Shown: positions 56,322 to 64,000 of the stretch, piece after piece | How the letters are laid out: the number at the start of each line of letters is the position of its first letter | How positions within the stretch are numbered: position 1 is the stretch's first letter | Assembly (NCBI GenBank): GCA_963801165.1 | Contig: CAWDDT010000005.1 | Coordinates: forward strand, 416,001-480,000 | Source: an uncultured bacterium | GTDB taxonomy: Bacteria > Actinomycetota > Acidimicrobiia > Spongiisociales > UBA5794 | Length of the DNA: 64,000 nt | Direction: 5' to 3' | Made by a program: the position numbers and the translations under genes | Notes under the pieces: model-generated | What the model was told of the DNA's origin: nothing | Database searches by the model: none | What the model saw: only the letters and a program-made list of their open reading frames with translations

Positions 56322-57674
56322 TTAGCCGAGTATCTCGCGAAGTCTGTCGAGCTGAGCCCTCACTGACTCCATGGAACCGCCACCGGCAGTGATCCGGGAC
56401 GCCACCGATGCTCCAGGAGAGAGCTCGGCCAGGTCCTCGGGGATGAGCTGTGTGTGCGCCGCCTCGAGCTCCCCGGCGGTGGCGTCCGAGAGAGTGCGTC
56501 CCTGCGCCGCCAGCCCGGCGACGAGTCGACCGACGGCGTCATGTGCCGCCCGGAAGGGGACCCCGCGCCCCACCAGGAGCTCCGCCAGATCCAATGCGGT
56601 TACCATCGACGACGGCTCCGGTGGATGGAAGCTGGCGCTCTCGATCATCCCTCCCATGGCGACCAGCGCCAGGGCCAGCGTATCGTCGGCGTGGAAGACC
56701 GCCCTCTTGTCCTCTTGGAGATCCCGGTTATAGGTGAGCGGGAGACCTTTCTGCAACGCGAGCAACGTGGTGAGATCGCCGATGACCGCCGCCGCCTTCC
56801 CCCGGGTGAGCTCGGCGATATCGGGGTTCTTTTTCTGCGGCATTGCCGAGGATCCGGTGGTGAAAGCATCGCTGAACGTAGCCCAACCAAACTCCTCGGT
56901 CCCCCACAGGACCATCTCCTCAGAGAGACGCGATAGCGTCACCATGGTCTGCGCACAGCAGAACACATACTCGGCGACGAAGTCCCGTGACGCCACGGCG
57001 TCCATCGAGTTGGCGAACACCGCTTGGAACCCGAGGCTCGCCGCACTTCGCCCGGGATCGATGGGCAGCCGGCTTCCCGCCGAGGCTCCCGCACCGAGAG
57101 GCGATACGTCGATCCGCAGGTACGCATCGAGAAAACGGCTGCGGTCGCGTAACAGCATCCAGGCGTAGGCCAATAGGTGGTGCGCCAATGGCACCGCCTG
57201 AGCCTGCTGAACATGGGTATACGAGGCGACAACGGTGTCGCCCGCATCCTCGGCGCAACCCATCAACACTCGTACCAGATCGGTTATCTCTGCGGCGCGC
57301 TCCCCGGCGGCCCGGCGCAGGTAGAGCCGCAAGTCGAGGCACACCTGATCGTTGCGAGAACGCCCGGTGTGCAGCTTCCCGGCTACCTCGCCGATCAGCT
57401 CATAGAGCCTCCGCTCTACGGCGGAATGCACATCCTCGTCACCATCGGACCAGGCGAACCCACCCGAGGCTGCCTCCGCCAGTGCCGTGGCCAGACCGAG
57501 CTGCAACTGGTCTCGCTCCTCGGCCGTGAGGACGCCCACCTCCGCGAGCATGGCCGCGTGAGCCTTCGATCCCTCGATGTCGTCGACGAGCAGCCGGCGG
57601 TCGGCATGATCGACGGTAAACCGCCACAGCAGCTCGCCCGGGCCCTCCTCGAACCTGCCACCCCACAAGGTCAC
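56322..57674 (-). CDS. argH: Argininosuccinate lyase
   Basis: LWGGRF, EDVH, LHTGRSRNDQV, TGSSAMPQKKNPD and YNRDLQEDK. Confidence 0.96.
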   Translation of the reverse strand: MTLWGGRFEEGPGELLWRFTVDHADRRLLVDDIEGSKAHAAMLAEVGVLTAEERDQLQLGLATALAEAASGGFAWSDGDEDVHSAVERRLYELIGEVAGKLHTGRSRNDQVCLDLRLYLRRAAGERAAEITDLVRVLMGCAEDAGDTVVASYTHVQQAQAVPLAHHLLAYAWMLLRDRSRFLDAYLRIDVSPLGAGASAGSRLPIDPGRSAASLGFQAVFANSMDAVASRDFVAEYVFCCAQTMVTLSRLSEEMVLWGTEEFGWATFSDAFTTGSSAMPQKKNPDIAELTRGKAAAVIGDLTTLLALQKGLPLTYNRDLQEDKRAVFHADDTLALALVAMGGMIESASFHPPEPSSMVTALDLAELLVGRGVPFRAAHDAVGRLVAGLAAQGRTLSDATAGELEAAHTQLIPEDLAELSPGASVASRITAGGGSMESVRAQLDRLREILG

Positions 57675-57676
57675 GG

Positions 57677-58887
<1,211 letters not shown>

Positions 58888-58891
<4 letters not shown>

Positions 58892-59358
58892 TTCCTTGCT
58901 CCCATTTCTTCGATCTTGGCGGCAATCGTGTCCCCGCCGATCTCGGCTGAGGCCACGATCACGATGGTGTCATCACCGGCGATCGTGCCGAGAACACCGC
59001 CGACCAGGGCCCGGTCGATCGCTCCGGCGACGAGGTGGGCTGCTCCAGGCGGGGTGTGCAGCACTACCAGGTTGTCCGATACAGCCATCTCCTCGACAAA
59101 GTCGTTCACGGCGCGGCGCAATCTGATCTCGGCGTCGCTCAACTGCTCGGTGCCCGGTGTCAGGCTGTAGCGCACTGAGCCGTCATCGTCGCGAATCTTG
59201 AGTGCACCCAGCGCATCGAGGTCCCGGGACACCGTCGCCTGTGTCACCGGATAGCCCTCTTCCTCGAGCAACTCGACGAGCTGGCTCTGGCTGGTGATCT
59301 GCCCCTCGGTAAGAAGCTTGCGAATCAAGCGGCGTCGGCCTGCGGTCGCCGGGCTCAC
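58888..59358 (-). CDS. argR: Arginine repressor
   Basis: SQ..L...L...[11 protein letters not shown] and GTIAGDDTI; GTGA overlap with the argB stop. Confidence 0.95.
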
Positions 59359-60263
59359 GGCACCGGCTCCATCGTCACCATTGTTCCTATCCCTTCTGGT
59401 GTGAAGATCTCGAGAAGCAAAGCGTGCTGCATCCGTCCGTCGAGTATGTGGGCCCTCTCCACTCCACCTTCGATCGCAACGATGCAAGACCGCAGCTTGG
59501 GGAGCATCCCTGAAGAAACCGACCCGGAGTCAATCAACTTCTTCAGATCGGGCACGACGATGCGCGCTATCAGCGACTCCTCGTCGCCGAGGTCGCGGTA
59601 CAGACCCTCGACGTCTGTCAGATAGATCACCTTCACCGCGCCCACAGCCTCGGCGAGCGCCCCGGCTGCGGTATCCGCGTTGAGGTTGTACGTCTTGCCG
59701 TCTTCCCCCCGTGCCAGCGGCGCCACCACGGGTACATAGCCCTCAGCCTGGAGACTCTGGATCAGGTCGGGATTGACCCGGGTGATCTCGCCGACGTATC
59801 CCAGCTTCTCGTCCTTCGGTCGGGCGATGAAAGTGTTCCCATCCAGACCGTTCACCCCGGCCGCCACCGAACCGTGGGTGTTGATCAAGCGCACGATGTC
59901 CGGGTTGATCTCGCCGGCGAGCGTCGACTGGACCACCCTGATTGTCTCCCCGTCGGTAACCCGCAAACCCTCGTGCCACACCGGCTCGATACCAAGCTGC
60001 CCCATCGCCCGCGAGATGTGAGGCCCACCCCCGTGGACGATGACCGGCTTGATGCCCACGTAATGCATCATGGCAACGTCGTCGGCAAACGTGCTGCGCA
60101 AGCTCTCGTCGACCATCGCAGATCCGCCGTACTTGATAACGACCGTTTTGCCGCGGAAGTCCTTGATGAAGGGAAGAGCCTCGGAGAAGATACGGGCCTT
60201 GCCCATGGTCTTGGCAATGCGGGGTTTGGCTTCGTGCGGTGTGGAGTGTCCTGTCGTGCTCAT
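59355..60263 (-). CDS. argB: Acetylglutamate kinase
   Basis: VIKYGGSAM, VHGGGP, GLRVTD, NLNADTAA and GMLPKL. Confidence 0.96.
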   Translation of the reverse strand: MSTTGHSTPHEAKPRIAKTMGKARIFSEALPFIKDFRGKTVVIKYGGSAMVDESLRSTFADDVAMMHYVGIKPVIVHGGGPHISRAMGQLGIEPVWHEGLRVTDGETIRVVQSTLAGEINPDIVRLINTHGSVAAGVNGLDGNTFIARPKDEKLGYVGEITRVNPDLIQSLQAEGYVPVVAPLARGEDGKTYNLNADTAAGALAEAVGAVKVIYLTDVEGLYRDLGDEESLIARIVVPDLKKLIDSGSVSSGMLPKLRSCIVAIEGGVERAHILDGRMQHALLLEIFTPEGIGTMVTMEPVP

Positions 60264-61426
60264 CAGCTGTACTCCGCGTTGAACGCTACGTATTCGGGGG
60301 TGAGGTCGGTGGTGATCACCCTGGCCCGGCCCGGGCCGTCACCTACGGTCATCGTCACCGTGAAGTCACCCTTGGCGATGGCCTCGTGGAGAGCGGGCCC
60401 ATCGTGGTCAACAGCGACGCCCGCACGGGCAATGTCGATTCCCTCGTAGGCGACACCAAACCGGGCGGGGTCGAATTCGAAGTCGGTTGCCCCGAGCGCA
60501 CCGAGCAGCCGACCCCAGTTGGGGTCGCCCCCGTAGAACGCCGCCCTGACCAGCGCAGAATCGGCGACGAGCCGCCCGGCGCGACGCGCCTCGGCATCGC
60601 CGGCTGCCCCGACCACCTCGATCAGCACGACCCGGCCGGCACCCTCCGCGTCGGCGGCGAGTTGGTTGGCGAGATCCCAGCACACCCGGGTCATGGCCTC
60701 AGTGAATGAACCGGCGTCCGGAGCCGTCCCGCTCTCCCCCGAGGCGAGGGCGATCACGGTGTCGTTGGTGGAGGGGCACCCGTCGATGTTGAGGGCGTGA
60801 AAAGACTCATCGACAGCAGCTCGCAGTGCGGTTTCCAGCATCCCTGGGTCGACCACGGCGTCGGTGGTCAAGACGGCCAGCATGGTGGCGAGGTCGGGAC
60901 GCACCATACCCGCACCTTTGGCCATCCCGCCGACGGTGTATCCGGGCGCCGCGTACACGCTCTCCTTGGGCACCGTGTCTGTGGTCATGATCGCCCGGGC
61001 CGCCCGGGTACCGGCGTCGGCATCACCCGCCAGTTGCTCACCGGCGGCGAGGATCCCCTCGATCACTCTCTTGATGGGAAGTGGCTTGCCTATGCCGCCG
61101 GTGGAGCACACCAGCACTTCCTCGTGGCTGCACCCGACCACGCTGGCCGTGGCGTTGACCATCGCCCTGGCGTCGGCAACACCGGTCGCGCCCGTGGCTG
61201 CGTTGGCGCACCCCGAGTTGAGAACGACGGCCCGCATTGTCTTGCTACGATCCAGCTGCTCGCGGCTCACCACCACCGGCGCCGCCTGCGCCCGGTTGCG
61301 AGTGAACACTGCAGCAGCGGCCAGCCCGGCGTCGCCGGCGATGACGGCGATGTCCGGCGCACCCGATGCCTTGATGCCGGCGGCCACACCGGCTGCTTTG
61401 AACCCCCTTGCCGCGGTGACGCTCAC
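60263..61426 (-). CDS. argJ: Ornithine acetyltransferase / N-acetylglutamate synthase
   Basis: NSGCANAATG, IMTTDT, KGAGMVRPDLATML, STNDT and DPNWGR; GTGA overlap with the argC stop. Confidence 0.95.
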   Translation of the reverse strand: MSVTAARGFKAAGVAAGIKASGAPDIAVIAGDAGLAAAAVFTRNRAQAAPVVVSREQLDRSKTMRAVVLNSGCANAATGATGVADARAMVNATASVVGCSHEEVLVCSTGGIGKPLPIKRVIEGILAAGEQLAGDADAGTRAARAIMTTDTVPKESVYAAPGYTVGGMAKGAGMVRPDLATMLAVLTTDAVVDPGMLETALRAAVDESFHALNIDGCPSTNDTVIALASGESGTAPDAGSFTEAMTRVCWDLANQLAADAEGAGRVVLIEVVGAAGDAEARRAGRLVADSALVRAAFYGGDPNWGRLLGALGATDFEFDPARFGVAYEGIDIARAGVAVDHDGPALHEAIAKGDFTVTMTVGDGPGRARVITTDLTPEYVAFNAEYS

Positions 61427-62448
61427 GGCATCCACCCCGCCATAGGCAGCCCGGTCGTCTCATCGAGACCGAGCGCGATGTTGACCGATTGGACGGCGGC
61501 GCCTGCGGTGCCCTTGGTGAGGTTGTCGATGGCCACGAGCACGAGCGCGGTCCCGGTGCGAGGGTCGAAGTGCGGTTTGAGCAGCACCCTGTTCGAGTTG
61601 GTGACCCAACGTGTGTTGGGTGACGCCTCGGACACCGAGACAAACGGAGTCTTGGCGTAAGCATCGGCGAAGATGTCGTCGACAGCCTCGCCGTCCGTCC
61701 CTTCGGTCACCGGGATGTAACAGGTCGACAGAATCCCCCTCTGCATGGGGATCAGGTGAGGGGTGAAGATCACCGTCGGTTCGAACGGCCCGTCCTGGCC
61801 GAGCACCTGCTCGATCTCGGGTTGATGGCGGTGGGCGAGCACCCCGTATGCGACGGCACCTTCGTCCACGGCGCCGAACATGAGATGCTCCTTGGCGCCG
61901 CGACCGGCACCAGAGACACCCGAGACCGCGTCAACGATGATGGGACCGGCAACGAGCCCGGCCCGGTGCAAGGGGGCGATGCCGAGCAGCGCCGAGGTCG
62001 GGTAGCAGCCGGGGACCGCGATGCGATCGGCACCGGCGAGCTCGGCGGCGAACAGCTCGGGCAGACCGTAGACCCATTGCCCGAGCTGCTCCGGGTAAGG
62101 GTGGGGCGAGCCGTAAGCCGCCAGGTAGCGCTCGGGCGTGTCGAGACGGAAGTCGCTGCCCATGTCGACGACCTTGGCTCCCGTCTCCCTCATCCGCATC
62201 GCCGGCTCCGCAGAAGCGCCGTGCGGCAATGCGAAGAACGCGACCTCGACGTCGGGCAAGAAATCCGGCTCGTTGGAGCGAAGGATGCGATCCCCTCCCG
62301 CGAGGTGGGGATGAACGTCGCCGAGGGAAGCCCCCGCCCTGGTGTGCGCTCCGAGATAGACTGCCTCCAGATCAGGATGGGCGTCGATCAATCTGATCAA
62401 CTCGCCCCCGCCGTACCCGGATGCTCCGAAGATGGCTGTGCGGATCAT
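61423..62448 (-). CDS. argC: N-acetyl-gamma-glutamyl-phosphate reductase
   Basis: GASGYGG, ALPHG, YGLPE, PGCYPT, SGVSGAG and IDNLTKG. Confidence 0.96.
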   Translation of the reverse strand: MIRTAIFGASGYGGGELIRLIDAHPDLEAVYLGAHTRAGASLGDVHPHLAGGDRILRSNEPDFLPDVEVAFFALPHGASAEPAMRMRETGAKVVDMGSDFRLDTPERYLAAYGSPHPYPEQLGQWVYGLPELFAAELAGADRIAVPGCYPTSALLGIAPLHRAGLVAGPIIVDAVSGVSGAGRGAKEHLMFGAVDEGAVAYGVLAHRHQPEIEQVLGQDGPFEPTVIFTPHLIPMQRGILSTCYIPVTEGTDGEAVDDIFADAYAKTPFVSVSEASPNTRWVTNSNRVLLKPHFDPRTGTALVLVAIDNLTKGTAGAAVQSVNIALGLDETTGLPMAGWMP

Positions 62449-62472
62449 CGTTCCTTCCAACAAAGAGGATGG

Positions 62473-62500
62473 ACTATACGCATATGCACATACTTGTCAA
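62473..62500 (-). promoter_or_regulatory. arg operon sigma70 promoter with overlapping ARG-box-like sequence
   Basis: Minus strand TTGACA-N16-TATAGT; the spacer contains TGTGCATATGCGTATA. Confidence 0.7.
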
Positions 62501-62635
62501 GCCGAACTTCGCTCCATATTCGCTCCCCGTGCCAAATAGGTTCGCCAATTTGAGCCTTGAGAACAAGCGCGGGAGCGCCTGTCGCTACCGCACATGAACC
62601 CCGCCGCGGTATTGTCGCGGCATGATGTGGTTGCC

Positions 62636-62839
62636 ATGATGTGGTTAGTCGCCCACCAGGGCGGGTGGGATGAGATATTGCTCTTTGTCGCACCGCTCGC
62701 GATCGCTTTCATCGCCATCGGCGCGTTCGAGCGCCGCGGTCGTAAGCCCGATGCCGACCGGGATCCGGAGAAGCCGACCGGCCACGCCGACGAACGGCGG
62801 CCCGGGCGTGCTTCGGGAGATACAAAAGAGTCGAGCTGA
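62636..62839 (+). CDS. Small single-TM hypothetical protein
   Basis: MMWLVAHQGGWDEILL, a TM helix and a charged tail. Confidence 0.6.
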   Translation: MMWLVAHQGGWDEILLFVAPLAIAFIAIGAFERRGRKPDADRDPEKPTGHADERRPGRASGDTKESS

Positions 62840-62882
62840 TGCCTCGAGCTGGTGCAATTCGCCAAACTTCTAGACTGAACCC

Positions 62883-64000
62883 GTGATTCACAGCCGGCAC
62901 ACGTGGTTCGCGTTCGCCGTTTCGGCCGGAGCCGCGCTGACGCTCACCAGCGCCGCGACTCTCCTCCTCGCCCTACGTCAAGCGAAGCTCCTCGAGACCG
63001 CGATCCTGATGTTCGTTGTCGGCGCGCTCTCATGGTGGTGGGCAGTCATGCTCGCCTTTTCCGCCGATCAGTCGGAACCGCTGACGGTGGGTCAGACGCG
63101 TGCCGGGGCGGGGCTCGCCGCCACCGTCACCGCCGTTGTCTCGCTCGCCCCCGACCCGAACCGGCTCGGCCGGCTCCAACTCACGGTTCTCGGAGCCGCC
63201 GCTCTTCTCGTGATCGCCACCGTTCTCAGCCCGTGGCTGGTGCGACGAGGCTACGGCGACCGCCTGCTGCATCTGCTGGGACGCAGGTCGCTGCCGGCAC
63301 CGGTGACCCTCACCGGTGAAGACCGGGATCGGCGTGAGCTGCTGTGGGGTCTGGTCATAGTGGCTGTTGCGGCCCTGGCATTCTTCTGGCTGGTCACCGG
63401 CGGTCCTCTTGGACACGACGAGAGCACCTATGCGCTCAAAGCGCGCGCGTGGCGGGAAGGCACGCCCACAACCGGCTACGGTGTCCACCGGCCGGTCGGA
63501 ATGGCCGGGGTCGCCTGGGTCGTGTTGGGCTTTGCCGATGCCGAAGGCGGGCTGCGGATGCTCGCCGCCGCCGTATCGGTACTGACGATCGTGCTCGTGT
63601 GGCGTGCCGGCAGGGCGCTGCTGTCGCCTGGCGCTGCTCTACTTGCGGCCGCACTACTCGTTGAGGCACCGTCGTTCCTTCGCCGCGCGGCTGAGTTTCT
63701 CAACGATATCGCCACCACTGCTTTGGTCGTGCTGATTATCTACCTGCTCTGGCGCCACTTCGAAGAGCGCGCCACCAACCGATGGGAAGTCGTCCTGGTG
63801 GCCCCACTCGCCGCCGCTGCCTTCTACCTCCGGTACGGCGTCGTGTCTACGTACCTGGTCGTGCTTCTGGTTGGCGGCGTCGTCTGGCGCAAGAAGATCG
63901 CCGCGTCTATAGGTCCTCTACTCATCACGGCAGCGGGACTGGTCCTCCTGATCGTCCCCCACGTCGTGTATGCGATCGGCACAACCGGATCACCGGTCGG
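62883..64000 (+). CDS. ArnT/GT39-like (PMT family) membrane glycosyltransferase, 3' truncated
   Basis: Frame from GTG 62883 (TAGACT, 6 nt, leaderless) appears open to the window end; multi-TM with GHDESTY and HRPVG loop motifs. Not in the ORF track because it has no stop. Confidence 0.72.
   Translation, partial: MIHSRHTWFAFAVSAGAALTLTSAATLLLALRQAKLLETAILMFVVGALSWWWAVMLAFSADQSEPLTVGQTRAGAGLAATVTAVVSLAPDPNRLGRLQLTVLGAAALLVIATVLSPWLVRRGYGDRLLHLLGRRSLPAPVTLTGEDRDRRELLWGLVIVAVAALAFFWLVTGGPLGHDESTYALKARAWREGTPTTGYGVHRPVGMAGVAWVVLGFADAEGGLRMLAAAVSVLTIVLVWRAGRALLSPGAALLAAALLVEAPSFLRRAAEFLNDIATTALVVLIIYLLWRHFEERATNRWEVVLVAPLAAAAFYLRYGVVSTYLVVLLVGGVVWRKKIAASIGPLLITAAGLVLLIVPHVVYAIGTTGSPV

Overview
High-GC actinobacterial chromosomal segment. 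Gene content suggests Acidimicrobiia (Thr-rich lipoproteins, GCNPP-type SLH repeats, DUF222-HNH, PadR-ino1, many leaderless genes); this taxonomy is an inference. Left to right: (1) a minus-strand operon running off the left edge that looks like a sulfoquinovose transaldolase (sulfo-TAL/SFT) pathway, with an SlcC-like sulfolactate dehydrogenase, SqvA-like transaldolase, SqvD-like isomerase, an archaeal-type (class II) GAPDH and the start of a Gfo/Idh/MocA protein, divergent from an AglEFG-like alpha-glycoside ABC transporter; (2) panB, a PPOX protein, CNNM/CorC, TetR-DHA2 efflux, VanW and PadR-ino1; (3) an SLH beta-propeller protein, a lipoprotein, a SARP/BTAD regulator and a GPH transporter; (4) a Uma2 remnant and DUF222-HNH; (5) nfo and pyrE; (6) two homologous candidate sigma28-type small-RNA units; (7) a ~2530-aa LPXTG adhesin; (8) uppS/trhA, an SLC13-cNMP-kinase-receiver operon and a PhoD/PEP-utiliser/membrane operon; (9) aldR-ald and argCJBRGH. 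No rRNA, tRNA, CRISPR array or transposase was recognised. Family calls come from motifs read by eye and from memory, not from database searches. The best candidates for undescribed biology are the variant sulfoglycolysis cluster, the tandem anti-Shine-Dalgarno sRNA pair at 33.0-33.3 kb and the PhoD/dikinase-like operon.
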